Positions 17,534-28,033 of a stretch of 37,655 nt of DNA are shown here, in pieces. Both the position numbers and the translations under genes were made by a program. Source of the DNA: Mycobacterium phage prophiT36-2b; the sequence record OQ417968.1. The stretch is one strand, 5' to 3'. Every line of letters begins with the position of its first letter. The first letter of the stretch is position 1. Below the pieces are notes generated by a model. The model did not search any database. It worked only from the letters and a program-made list of their open reading frames with translations, and was not told the origin of the DNA.

Positions 17534-20500
17534 GTGACGACCCCTATCGGCTATGCCACCCTACAGATCATCGCGGCCATGCCCGGAATCACCGACTCCA
17601 TCAACAAGGGTTTGGGGTTCTTGCCGAAGGCGGGCAAGGACGCGGGCAAGGTCCTCGCCGATGGCCTGGCCGCTGGGGTCGACGCTGCGGCCAAGAAGTT
17701 TGAACAGGCATCGGCCAAGGTCGAAGCCGCACAAAAGAAGCAAGCCGATACCGCCGGTAAGGCGAAAGTCGCCGAAGCGCAATTGCAGTCGTTGCGCGAC
17801 AAGGGCATAACCGATGCGGGCCGTCTGGCTGTCGCCGAAGAGAAGGTCGCCAAGACCAAGCGCGACCACGCGGCGGTGTCCAAGGCCGTGGCCGGTGCAC
17901 TCAAGGCCGAGACCGACGCAAGCGACAAGCTCGCCGAGGCCAAGAAGCGCGCCGCCAAAGCCGAATCCGACGCCACCAAGAGCGGCGCCGGATTCTCCGG
18001 CATGCTCACCGGCCTCAAGGACAAGATCGGCGGCACCGGCAGCGTTGTCGACGGCCTAGGCGCCAAGGTCAAGGGCCTGGGTGCCACGTTCGCATCCAAC
18101 CTCGGTATCGGCGTGGCCGGGGGCGTTGCCGGTATCGGCGCCTCGGTGGTGGCCATGGGCGAGACGTTCGCCCAAGTCAACAAGACGCTGGCCTTCTCCA
18201 CCGGGGCGACCGGCGACAAGCTCGACGCACTGAACGCCTCGGTGCGCAACATCGGCAAGGACTCCCCGAAGTCATTGGGCGACATCGCAACCGCCATGGG
18301 CGAAGTCGCCAAGACAACACAGCTGACCGGCTCCCCGCTGGAGAAGCTGACAAAGCAGGTGATCAAGCTCGACACCCTCGGGCAAAGCGTCGATATGGCG
18401 GGCTTTGTGCAGTCCATGCGCGCGTTCGGTGTTCCTGCCGATCAGATGTCGGGCCAGCTGGACCAGATTTTCAAAGTCTCCCGCGCTGTCGGCGCCCCGG
18501 TCTCGGACCTGATCGACACCCTGGGCAAGGGCGCCCCGCAGCTGCGCCAATTCGGCCTCAATATCGGCGAATCCGCGGGCCTGCTCGGCGGGCTGAAAAT
18601 GGCTGGCGTAGACGGCGATAAGGCCATGATGGGCCTCAACACCGCACTGAAGGTGGTCAGCAAGCAGGGCGGCGACATCAAGGCCAATCTGAGCAAGGCG
18701 ATCGCCGACATCAAGGGCATGGCCGATGCCGGAAACAACGCCGGGGCCAACGCGGCGGCAGCCAAACTGTTCGGCGGCAAGGCATTCGGCCCGATGCTGG
18801 CCGCGATCAAGGCGGGCAAGCTCGACATTGACGCCATGACGGCCAGCCTCGGGGAAAACCAAAAGGGCATCCTGGATTCCGGGGGCGCGGTCATCACCAT
18901 GTCCGGGGCATGGCAGATGTTCAAAAACAACGTCATGATCCTGCTGGAGCCGGTCGCCACCAAGGTCTTCGCCACCATGCAAAAGGGCATCCTGTGGTTT
19001 AGAAGCGAAGGCACGCAAGGTATCCGAGAGTTCGGCAACAATCTCAAGGGCATCTGGAACAGCGAAAGCGTGCAGAAGTTCGTCACGACCATCACGGGCC
19101 TGTTTGAGCAGTACTGGCCCAAGATCATCGAATTCGCAATCAATCTGGGGCGCGAAATCAAGGACGTGGCCCAGGTTGCCGGGCCGATTCTGGTCGATGC
19201 CCTCAATATTGTGGTGGGCGCGATCGGCGCGGTGGTCAGCGCCGGAACCGGCATCGTGAACTTCCTGCGCGAAAACAAGGAACTGGCGATCGCCCTCGGT
19301 ATCGCCCTGACCGCCACGGTCGGCCCCGCACTGGCGGCTGCCGGTGTCGCGTTCGTCGCCGCCGAGGCCAAGGCGCTTGCCTATGGCATCGCACAGACCA
19401 CGGTCGCGGTCGCGTCCAAGGCGTGGGCGGCAGCGCAATGGTTACTCAATGCCGCCCTGTCGGCCAACCCGCTCGGGCTGATCGTGACCGCGATCGCCGC
19501 GTTCGTCGCCGGGGTCATCTACGCGTACAAGCACTCAGAGACGTTCCGCAACATCGTGGACGCCGCCTGGAAGGGCATCAAGCTCGCCGCTCAGGCAGTC
19601 GTGACGTGGTTCACCGAGACCGCCTGGCCCATGCTCAAGGCCGCCTGGGAGGCCATCGGCGACGGCTGGAACTGGCTGGTAGAGACCGCAGGCAAGGTAT
19701 GGACCGGCGTACGCGAAAAGTTCACCGCCATAGTCGATTTCATCACCGGCTTGCCCCAAGCCATTTCCAACGGCGCAAGCGGCATGTGGGAGGGCCTGAA
19801 AAACGGGCTGATCGAGGTGTTGCGGTGGATCGCTGACCAGTGGAACAAGCTCACCGACACGCTCAGCTTCGATATCCCCGAGTGGGTGCCCGTCGTCGGC
19901 GGCAACAAATGGCACCTTCCCAAGATCCCGCAGTTCGCCGTGGGCGGTTTCACCGGCAATCTGCCGATCAAGGCGATCGCCGGGGTGGTGCACGGCGGCG
20001 AGCACGTCATTCAAGCCACCTCGCGTGAACGCCTGGAAACCGATCACCCCGGCCTGCTGGACCACATGAACGCCACCGGCCAGCTGCCCGGATACGAACA
20101 GGGCGGGCGGGTGCCCTACGGGCTGCCGGTGGGCACCAACACTGGGGGCTATGGCTCCAGCGGGGATGTCTTCCCGCCCTGGGTGCACGAGATCGAAAAG
20201 CGGTTCGGTGTCAAGGCGTCCACCTACCCCGGACACCAGGAACGTGACGGCCTGAACAAGGGCATCGACTGGGTGGGCTCGATCGAGGCCATGCAGGCGT
20301 TCGCCGAATTCCTCAAGGGTATTCGCGGGCAGCTGGAGCAAGTCATCTGGATGAACCCGAAGACCGGCGAGAAGATCGGCGTCGCCAACGGCCAGCTTGT
20401 CGGCCCCGGCACCTCCCAGCCGCAGTACTACGCCGCCGACTGGGGCGGGCATTCCAACCATGTGCACACCCGGCAGAGCTTCGCATTCGGCGGCACCGGG

Positions 20501-21691
20501 GCGGGCTCTGATGCCCTGGGCACACCGGTCTCATCCGGGCTTGGCATAGGCGGCGCCGGGGTGAGCGCCAGCGCCAACTACAGCGGCCTATCCGGCGATG
20601 ACCGCAAGGCCAAGTACGAAACCGACAACGAAGCGGCCAAAGCCGACTACGACAAGGAACTGGCGGCACTCAAGGACAAGTACGGCATCGGGACCGACAG
20701 CAAGGAACTGTCTGACCGCTCGCGCGACATCTCCAAGCGCCGCCGCGACCTGGCGGCGCAGTACCGCGCCGACAAGGACGCCGCCCAAAACGATCCGCTG
20801 CGCCTTAAAGATCTGGCCGACCAGTACAAGCGCGCCACTGACGCGCTCAAAGACGAGTCGGACCGCCTGGCGGGTGACCGCGATGCCGCCGCCGACCGCA
20901 AAGATGCAAATCGGCCGGCATTCGAGGCCGCTAAAAAGGAGTTGGACGCAAAATTCAAGCGCGACAAGGATGCCCGCAAGAGCGCCTACGACGGCGCCAA
21001 GCAATCCGGTAAGTCAGCTACGGGCGGCGGGTCGTACCCAACGACCGTTGACGGCTGGATCGGGTTTGCCGCTGAAAAGCTCATCGGCGGTCAGGTCTCC
21101 TCGCTGATGAGTGTGTTCGGCGTCCCCGAGCCGCACTGGCTGGGCGCCGCTAGCCAGTTCCTTGGCGGCATACAGGTCGATGGCAAGTCGCTGCTGTCAC
21201 TGGGCACCGATGCGGGCGCCAGCTCCACCATGCCCGCGCCGGTCACCGGACCCGATGAGTTCGACAGCGGCGCATCGGCCAGCGTGCCCGTCACCGCAGC
21301 CGCCCCCACCACGGCACCAGTGGCCGCGCCCGCTGCGCCCGCAGTGGATACGGGCGGCACGCCCTGGGGCTCGGTGGATCTGCCCGACTTCATCGATGAG
21401 ACCAACCTCTACGACTCGGGCGGCTGGCTGCCCGAAGGCATCAGCCTCACCGAAAACCGCACAGGCGGGCCGGAAGCGATTCTCACACAAGATATGTGGC
21501 GCACTGCGCAGGAAGGGGTCAATGTAGCAATGGCGATGGCCAAGGGATTCGCAGGCGGTGCACCCGCCGCCGCCAAAGCGGCAGGACCCGGTGTCGTGTA
21601 CAACATTCAGGCACGCGACACCGAAGACGCCTTCATTCGTGCTCAGCGCCAGGAACGCGAGCGCGCCGCTGCGAAACTGGCGAGGTTCTAA
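17534..21691 (+). CDS. Tape measure protein, 1385 aa, with embedded M23-peptidase-like motif (HQERD...HVH, ~20160-20480) and long coiled-coil segments
   Basis: Size, position, Ala/Gly-rich repeats. Motifs YPGHQERDGLNKGIDW and GGHSNHVHT. Confidence 0.85.
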   Translation: MTTPIGYATLQIIAAMPGITDSINKGLGFLPKAGKDAGKVLADGLAAGVDAAAKKFEQASAKVEAAQKKQADTAGKAKVAEAQLQSLRDKGITDAGRLAVAEEKVAKTKRDHAAVSKAVAGALKAETDASDKLAEAKKRAAKAESDATKSGAGFSGMLTGLKDKIGGTGSVVDGLGAKVKGLGATFASNLGIGVAGGVAGIGASVVAMGETFAQVNKTLAFSTGATGDKLDALNASVRNIGKDSPKSLGDIATAMGEVAKTTQLTGSPLEKLTKQVIKLDTLGQSVDMAGFVQSMRAFGVPADQMSGQLDQIFKVSRAVGAPVSDLIDTLGKGAPQLRQFGLNIGESAGLLGGLKMAGVDGDKAMMGLNTALKVVSKQGGDIKANLSKAIADIKGMADAGNNAGANAAAAKLFGGKAFGPMLAAIKAGKLDIDAMTASLGENQKGILDSGGAVITMSGAWQMFKNNVMILLEPVATKVFATMQKGILWFRSEGTQGIREFGNNLKGIWNSESVQKFVTTITGLFEQYWPKIIEFAINLGREIKDVAQVAGPILVDALNIVVGAIGAVVSAGTGIVNFLRENKELAIALGIALTATVGPALAAAGVAFVAAEAKALAYGIAQTTVAVASKAWAAAQWLLNAALSANPLGLIVTAIAAFVAGVIYAYKHSETFRNIVDAAWKGIKLAAQAVVTWFTETAWPMLKAAWEAIGDGWNWLVETAGKVWTGVREKFTAIVDFITGLPQAISNGASGMWEGLKNGLIEVLRWIADQWNKLTDTLSFDIPEWVPVVGGNKWHLPKIPQFAVGGFTGNLPIKAIAGVVHGGEHVIQATSRERLETDHPGLLDHMNATGQLPGYEQGGRVPYGLPVGTNTGGYGSSGDVFPPWVHEIEKRFGVKASTYPGHQERDGLNKGIDWVGSIEAMQAFAEFLKGIRGQLEQVIWMNPKTGEKIGVANGQLVGPGTSQPQYYAADWGGHSNHVHTRQSFAFGGTGAGSDALGTPVSSGLGIGGAGVSASANYSGLSGDDRKAKYETDNEAAKADYDKELAALKDKYGIGTDSKELSDRSRDISKRRRDLAAQYRADKDAAQNDPLRLKDLADQYKRATDALKDESDRLAGDRDAAADRKDANRPAFEAAKKELDAKFKRDKDARKSAYDGAKQSGKSATGGGSYPTTVDGWIGFAAEKLIGGQVSSLMSVFGVPEPHWLGAASQFLGGIQVDGKSLLSLGTDAGASSTMPAPVTGPDEFDSGASASVPVTAAAPTTAPVAAPAAPAVDTGGTPWGSVDLPDFIDETNLYDSGGWLPEGISLTENRTGGPEAILTQDMWRTAQEGVNVAMAMAKGFAGGAPAAAKAAGPGVVYNIQARDTEDAFIRAQRQERERAAAKLARF

Positions 21692-23095
21692 ATGCCTGTC
21701 GCAACAATCACTCTCGCATCATCGAACGGTGACACGGTGGTGGTGTCGGATTCCAACGGCGCCTACCTGGCCGATGACATCATTTTGGACACCGACCCGG
21801 ACGGCCTGTATGACACCCGGTTCACGGTGCGCACCATGTCGGGAGCGTTTCAACCGGGCGGGCGCATCGTGGGCGACACCGTACCGATCCGCGAGATGGT
21901 GATGCCGTTCCATCTGACACCCGCGAGCCGTCGCCGTTTCCAAAAGCTCTGGGGCACACCAGGAAATTTCAAACGGGTGCGCTATCACTACGACGGCCCC
22001 TCCGGGCGCCGATCGCTGACGATCCGGCTGTCCAAAGAAATCGCCTACACCACCGAGGATGGTTTCGACGCCGACATCGACAACGCATATCACGCGGTCG
22101 TCTCAGCGATCGCGGTCAACCCGATGTTTGAAAGCGCCGAAGACGTCGCCGAGTGGATCAATCCCGGCAACTTCACCATCTACCTGGCGGCGACATCGGG
22201 CACGTTCAAACTCGGCTACGGTACGGCGGGCGCGATCGTCCTGACCGCACCCGTCGCCTATAACGCCGATGCCGCCACCGTGCAGGCCGCGCTAGAGGCG
22301 CTGCCGACAATCGGCGCCGGAAACGTCACCGTCACAGGAGATCCCGGACACTGGACGGTTCGCACGCCAACAACGCGCCCCGGAACGCTCACGGTGGACG
22401 GGACTTCGCTTGCGCCGCTGTCCTTTTCCATCACCCTGGGCACCCTGTCCTACACCATCACCATCGGCGGGCAGACCACCGCGCCTATCGCGTTCACGTC
22501 GTCGGCCTCCACGCTACGGCAAGCCATCGAACAACTCTCCAACATCGGCACCGGAGGTGTCACCGTCACCGCCACCCTTTTCGGCTACGCCCTCTCGTTC
22601 ATGACCGGCCCGCTCAACGGATTCTTGGTGGCGCTGTTCACCGGAAAATCCACGGCGGGTATCCACATCGCCCGCGTGGTCACCAACCCCAACACCGGTT
22701 GGTTCGACGTGTGGAACCCCACCGATCAGAACCTATGGCCCGAATGGGAGCTGGACCCGGCTAAGCAATGGCAATTCCCTGATTTCGGTTTCGGGCAAGA
22801 GCGGCGCTGGAACCGGCCCGTGGATATCGACGCGGCTAGGATGGTCGTCACTCCCGAACTGACGCAGCTGCTTTCGGTGATGTCTGATCCGTTCATGGAC
22901 ACCTACCTCAACGCGGACTTATCCAACGCCGCAGGGCTGTTCAACGGTGTAGAGCCCAGATACCCGGTACCGCCCTACACCGGCACCGAGGACGACCCGG
23001 TGCTAATGCCGGTGGTGTGCACCGGCCCATCGGGCGCGAAAGTCACACTACGACAACGCCGTTTCTGGTCGGCAGAAAGCGGGCTAGAAGCATGA
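21692..23095 (+). CDS. Minor tail protein (distal tail, Dit-like), 467 aa
   Basis: ORF track. First gene after the tape measure. Confidence 0.65.
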   Translation: MPVATITLASSNGDTVVVSDSNGAYLADDIILDTDPDGLYDTRFTVRTMSGAFQPGGRIVGDTVPIREMVMPFHLTPASRRRFQKLWGTPGNFKRVRYHYDGPSGRRSLTIRLSKEIAYTTEDGFDADIDNAYHAVVSAIAVNPMFESAEDVAEWINPGNFTIYLAATSGTFKLGYGTAGAIVLTAPVAYNADAATVQAALEALPTIGAGNVTVTGDPGHWTVRTPTTRPGTLTVDGTSLAPLSFSITLGTLSYTITIGGQTTAPIAFTSSASTLRQAIEQLSNIGTGGVTVTATLFGYALSFMTGPLNGFLVALFTGKSTAGIHIARVVTNPNTGWFDVWNPTDQNLWPEWELDPAKQWQFPDFGFGQERRWNRPVDIDAARMVVTPELTQLLSVMSDPFMDTYLNADLSNAAGLFNGVEPRYPVPPYTGTEDDPVLMPVVCTGPSGAKVTLRQRRFWSAESGLEA

Positions 23096-24846
23096 GCATT
23101 GCGGCCTTCGCCGAACCGTTCACCGGTACCGATCACGACGACTTCGCCCAGTGGGCACGGGAGATCCGCGACTACCGCATCGAACGGGCCTATGACCGTC
23201 CCGGCGTGCAGCTCTATGACGGCGACTGGGTGTATCGCGGCACCGTCTACGGCGAGAACGGCGGCAACATCCACCCGGTCGTCAATGAGACCGGCACGAT
23301 CCAACTGAGGCTCCCGATCGATCTGGAGGATCGGCGCGGCACCTGGGCGGCGTTCTGGGCGCTAGACGAAGACGCGCGTGGCACCAGCAACATTCACATT
23401 CGCGTCGAGACGATGGGCGCGCGGATCTGCGGGCGCATGAAGTCCAAAAACGGCGTGACCATCGTGCGCGGCGACAAGGGCGATGAGGTCGTCATCGACT
23501 TCCTGGACGACATCGAAGAGATGAAATTCGTTCACACAGCGGGTAATCCGTTCCTGCCGTTGTCACTGATCCAGCAGCCCAAGGCGTGGATGCTGCTCGC
23601 GCAAGCCGATCACGGGATCTTGCTGACGCTGGCCGCGAACTTACTTCGGTTGCAGCTCACCAACATCAACCTCTCGTTTTTCGAGGACCTACTGGACCCG
23701 GACAATTGGCCGGTCAACCCGCTAGATCTATGGCAGCAGTCTCAGATCATCGTCAAGCCGCGCAAGATCGGCGATTCCGTAGCGCCGCTGGCCCTGGTGG
23801 TCGGCAGCATCCGAACCAGCATTTTCGATGTCGCGGCACCGATCCTGGAAGACGCTGAGTTGCAATGGGATCTGCGCCGCTGGTTTACCGGCGACCCCGA
23901 GCCGTGGCCGGGGGCGGGCACCGATTGGATACGCAACGGAACACTGTTCGTGGACATCGTGAACAAGTCCGGATTCCGCGAGGGCACCTCCCTGGGCGGC
24001 AACCTGTTCACCGGCCTGACGCGCACGATCGCGGGCGTCACGTCCAACCACGTCGAGGACAGCTACGACCTGTTTACCGGCGACACGATCGATGAGACCG
24101 GCTACCGGCTACCCGGCGTGCTCGGCACCCTGCCGTCACACCCGTACGTGGTGTACTGCGACGGCGACATCACTGGCATTCAGACCTCCGCGTTTTCGCG
24201 CTCGCCAGGCGGCGCGGGCCGGATCACGGTCGGTGGCCAGTCGATGCCAGGCGTCAACGAATTAATCAGTGCTGCAATACAATACGGCGGCGATGTTCTC
24301 GGAGACAACATCTCAGCGGCGATCAGCGCCGGTATCGGCAAAGACGTGACAGTCGGATCACTGGGCGGTGCGCTCGATAGCTTCCTGAACCCGATCTACA
24401 AGGACTCCATCCTGGCCAACATGTCCGTACCGCTGCTGCTACGCGTCTCTAAGCAGGGCTGGGGCCACTACCTGGAAACCACGTCAACCAACGTCACACA
24501 GGCATTCACCGCAGCATCCGTGATGGACCTGCGCCGCCGCCGTCGCGAGACTGACCCTGACATGTCATTTACGCTGACCGTCGCCAACGCCTCACCGTGG
24601 CTCATCGGAGACAACGGGTTTGGTCATTGGTGGCTCGGAGACCGCGTGGGCGGCACTGAGAAGTATTTGATGCCAAGGGTGTTCGTGCGCCGATGCCGCG
24701 AACTAGACATCTCCTGGGACGGACCCCAGGGATTGGGCATCGACGCCGTGTTCGGCGATACCCGCGCCGAAATGGACGCCATTGAGCGCATGGCTGAGCT
24801 GCTATCCAAGACGTTCAGCGGACTACAACAGATAGGACTCTGGTGA
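23092..24846 (+). CDS. Minor tail protein (Tal/baseplate hub-like), ~584 aa
   Basis: ATGA-coupled in-frame start inside track ORF 23017..24846. Confidence 0.65.
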   Translation: MSIAAFAEPFTGTDHDDFAQWAREIRDYRIERAYDRPGVQLYDGDWVYRGTVYGENGGNIHPVVNETGTIQLRLPIDLEDRRGTWAAFWALDEDARGTSNIHIRVETMGARICGRMKSKNGVTIVRGDKGDEVVIDFLDDIEEMKFVHTAGNPFLPLSLIQQPKAWMLLAQADHGILLTLAANLLRLQLTNINLSFFEDLLDPDNWPVNPLDLWQQSQIIVKPRKIGDSVAPLALVVGSIRTSIFDVAAPILEDAELQWDLRRWFTGDPEPWPGAGTDWIRNGTLFVDIVNKSGFREGTSLGGNLFTGLTRTIAGVTSNHVEDSYDLFTGDTIDETGYRLPGVLGTLPSHPYVVYCDGDITGIQTSAFSRSPGGAGRITVGGQSMPGVNELISAAIQYGGDVLGDNISAAISAGIGKDVTVGSLGGALDSFLNPIYKDSILANMSVPLLLRVSKQGWGHYLETTSTNVTQAFTAASVMDLRRRRRETDPDMSFTLTVANASPWLIGDNGFGHWWLGDRVGGTEKYLMPRVFVRRCRELDISWDGPQGLGIDAVFGDTRAEMDAIERMAELLSKTFSGLQQIGLW

Positions 24847-25268
24847 GTAAAGCATCTGAACCGTTGTCGGCCGAGGACGTTAAGGCACTGGCCGACAAGG
24901 TAATTGATGAGACGGTGATCCCCAAGAAGGTCCCTGCGGTCGATGACATCGACGGGCAGACCAAAGCGGTCGGCGGTGCGCTGGCCTCGGCACTGCTGAC
25001 CGCGACAGAGATGCCGCTACACACCCTACAGCCGTGGGTAGGCGAACTAGCCGATCAGATGGTCGCCCTCGGCATCCGGCAGACCGCACACGTGGACCCG
25101 GCAGCTGTGCATGCCCCGGCCTGGATCACCGATGGTGTTCGGCAGCAGTCCGTCAAGCTCCCCGAGCCGCCCCAGCACACCGAGGCCGCACCGGTCGTGG
25201 AGATGATCGCCACGGCCCCCAAGTGCCCCAAGCGCATCGCGAAGTCAGCTAGGGCGGTTCGCCGGTGA
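24843..25268 (+). CDS. Minor tail / hypothetical protein, 141 aa
   Basis: ORF track. GTGA overlap. Confidence 0.45.
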   Translation: MSKASEPLSAEDVKALADKVIDETVIPKKVPAVDDIDGQTKAVGGALASALLTATEMPLHTLQPWVGELADQMVALGIRQTAHVDPAAVHAPAWITDGVRQQSVKLPEPPQHTEAAPVVEMIATAPKCPKRIAKSARAVRR

Positions 25269-28030
25269 CCACACCCGGTGGCGTGCCCAACCTTCCGGTC
25301 GGCGCATTGACGGTCGGCACCCTTGCCGACAGGCTGCAAAACGTCACACAGGGCGCGATGCGCGCCCGCGCAGGCGAGCGCATGCCGTCGATCTTCCACT
25401 CATCGACCGGCGGCAACATCATGAACGACCTATCGCCGTTCGGGATCATCGCCGCTATCTGGGCCGGATTCAATTCCCATGTCGCCCAGGCCGACCCGAA
25501 CGACATAGACGGCCCCGACGACCTTCCCGGTCTGCTGATGGACTTCATCGAAGGCTTGCCGGTCATCGGCCAGTTCGTCACGCTACTGGAGGCGATCGCC
25601 GGGACCTACGACGGCACCGATGAAACCCTGCTGGCCATCCAGCAGATATTCATGCCGATACGCAAACTCCTGCAACTGGTTTCCGGCCAAAACGTCGGCC
25701 TGCCCACCGTGGAGGACATCGTGTCGGGCTGGGAACAACTCGGCGACGCGATCGGCAATGCAGTCAGCAAGCTGCCGGGTGTGTTGTCCATCTCGCGGAT
25801 CGCCGATGTGATCCAAGACCTGATTGACGGTGCGGGCGAATTCCTCAACGCGAGCAGTGTTGACGATAACCCGTTCTTCGACTGGGATTCGGTTGTCCCT
25901 GGGTGGCTTTCGGGCGGCTCGGTCCGGGCGAGCGGTAACGGCACCCAACAGGTGTTGCGTTCAGAACCGTTCGACGTGGCCGAGGGGCAAACACTGAACC
26001 TGCGGGTCGGGTCCATGTGGACCGGCCTGACGGCAATCGCAGGGTCGGACCCGATCAAGGTCGGGTGGACCCCGTTTGACGCGTCGGGCAACCCGCTGGC
26101 CGACGTGATCAAGGGTGTACTGCAACCGGCGAGCGCCGATGGGGGTTGGCAATGGATTCCCACCGACACATGGGATGTGCCCAGCGGAGTTGCGAAAGCC
26201 TCAATGCTGCTGATCCTGGACTCCGGTGCAACCGGTGGAGTGGTGCGCTTCTCCAACGCCAGGCCGTGGGCGTCGAACCTTTTGCCCACGAACCTCGTTA
26301 ACGGACTAGAAGCGGCGCTCACCGAATTCACTACCCGTATCAAGAGTCTGTTTGACACCATCGGCGGCGCGGTCGGGGCGACCGTCGAGGACATCGAAGC
26401 GCGCCTGGCGGCAATCGGCGCTGACGGCAAGATCGACGCCGCCGAACTGTGGAACATCGCCAACATTCCCGCCATCGCGGTCAGCAAGGTCAGCGGCCTC
26501 GTTGAGCAGCTGGCCGCCTACGCGCTCAAGAGCGCCGTGCAGACCTTCATGGACACCGTAGGCGGCACAGTCGGCGCATCCATGACCGACGTGTTTAACC
26601 GGCTCTCCAAGCTATCGTCCACCGGCCAGATCAACGGCGCCACAGGCATCTCCGGTGCGATCTCCGAGGCGCAGACCGGCGTCACAGCGGTACGCGATGC
26701 GTTCGTCAACGGGATGATCGGCCTACTGGGGACGGGCGGCTCCGGGTTCAGCAACACCGACGCCCAAAACCAGGCCACTCAGCTCGCGGTGCTCGCGCAG
26801 CAAGCGGCGGCAGCAGCGGCAGCCATTCAGGCCCAATACCTACGCAACCAGGTGACGGTGCCCTCCGGTCTAACGAGCTATATCACGACATTTGGCGGGT
26901 CCGATGGGTCAGCGTTACCCGCCGAGTTCACCGGCTCGGATCTGAAAATCCGTACCGCCAACGGCTATTGCGGTATCGACGCGTCAAAGCCTGACGGCAC
27001 CTATTTCGTCACCTGCAACAGGGCGACCACCACCGACGAGGTGCAGACCACGATTGTCATTGGTGATGCCGGTGGACTCAATTCGATTGCCACCTATACC
27101 CTTTTCAGTTCCGACAGCGCGGGCACGACCGGTGCATACTTGGGAGTCAACGGCAACTCAGTACAGGTCGGCAAGTACACCCGTTCGGGTTCGGCGTTCA
27201 CGTTCACGACGCCGTTCATGTCCTGGTCGGGGCCACTGGGGCAAGGCATTGCGGTAACGGCCTACCGCAAGTCGAACAACTGGGTGCTGGACGTGGGCGG
27301 CGATGTCAAGGCCACCGCAACTGATTCCAGCGTGACCACCGGGCCGTCAAACCGCTACGGCGCAGGCATTGTCATGATGCGCAAAACCTCAAGCGGAGGA
27401 TGGTTTTCGGGCAGCTACCAGTACGACTCGCTGCGGCTGGCGTCGGTGTTCCTGGGCGACTTCTACGCCAAGGCCACCAACTATACGGGCGCTCGGCTAC
27501 AGCGCGCGGTCGGCGCGGCCAACACCGCAGGCCCTACACATCCGTACTCGTTGGGGGGCAACGCATCTGTCACCGTGACCGGCGCATGGGGTGGCGGTGC
27601 CTTCGGCATCATCGGGTTCAGTTCCGATGACGTAACCCCCAATACCGCCAACGGCACCATCGTCGTGAATACCTCCGGGCTCTACTACGTCGAACACCGT
27701 GACCCCGCCTGGACATGGACAGCCGGAACAGCGATCGAACCGTCCGCATCAGCGCTCGACGTCGTGATCAACACCGTCAACCACATCACGCTCGAAGGCG
27801 ACTACAAGCTGCTCGACGGCACAGCCAACACCGACACCGGCAGCTGGGGCGTAACCGGCCACACCGCCGTCCCGATACCGGCGTTCGTGCGCCTCAACGC
27901 CGGGGACGTGGTGCAGCTGGGGTACACCGTCACGCTGAGAAACACGGGCGGCTCCTCACGCTCAGGCAATGCCGTCTTCACATTGACCGGGACCGCGCCG
28001 GGCTTGCTCGGCATCTACAAGATGGGTTAG
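25265..28030 (+). CDS. Large minor tail protein (putative receptor-binding/fibre), 921 aa
   Basis: ORF track. Central coiled coil (QAAAAAAAIQAQYLRNQ). Beta-rich C-terminus. Confidence 0.7.
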   Translation: MTTPGGVPNLPVGALTVGTLADRLQNVTQGAMRARAGERMPSIFHSSTGGNIMNDLSPFGIIAAIWAGFNSHVAQADPNDIDGPDDLPGLLMDFIEGLPVIGQFVTLLEAIAGTYDGTDETLLAIQQIFMPIRKLLQLVSGQNVGLPTVEDIVSGWEQLGDAIGNAVSKLPGVLSISRIADVIQDLIDGAGEFLNASSVDDNPFFDWDSVVPGWLSGGSVRASGNGTQQVLRSEPFDVAEGQTLNLRVGSMWTGLTAIAGSDPIKVGWTPFDASGNPLADVIKGVLQPASADGGWQWIPTDTWDVPSGVAKASMLLILDSGATGGVVRFSNARPWASNLLPTNLVNGLEAALTEFTTRIKSLFDTIGGAVGATVEDIEARLAAIGADGKIDAAELWNIANIPAIAVSKVSGLVEQLAAYALKSAVQTFMDTVGGTVGASMTDVFNRLSKLSSTGQINGATGISGAISEAQTGVTAVRDAFVNGMIGLLGTGGSGFSNTDAQNQATQLAVLAQQAAAAAAAIQAQYLRNQVTVPSGLTSYITTFGGSDGSALPAEFTGSDLKIRTANGYCGIDASKPDGTYFVTCNRATTTDEVQTTIVIGDAGGLNSIATYTLFSSDSAGTTGAYLGVNGNSVQVGKYTRSGSAFTFTTPFMSWSGPLGQGIAVTAYRKSNNWVLDVGGDVKATATDSSVTTGPSNRYGAGIVMMRKTSSGGWFSGSYQYDSLRLASVFLGDFYAKATNYTGARLQRAVGAANTAGPTHPYSLGGNASVTVTGAWGGGAFGIIGFSSDDVTPNTANGTIVVNTSGLYYVEHRDPAWTWTAGTAIEPSASALDVVINTVNHITLEGDYKLLDGTANTDTGSWGVTGHTAVPIPAFVRLNAGDVVQLGYTVTLRNTGGSSRSGNAVFTLTGTAPGLLGIYKMG

Positions 28031-28033
28031 TCG

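Noticed and set aside
17551-20467. Long minus-strand ORFs (17551..18417, 18272..19438, 18442..19371, 19535..20467) antisense to the tape measure gene
   Set aside because: Antisense open frames inside a 4.1-kb GC-rich gene. Low-complexity Ala/Pro/Ser/Arg composition. No start/RBS context.
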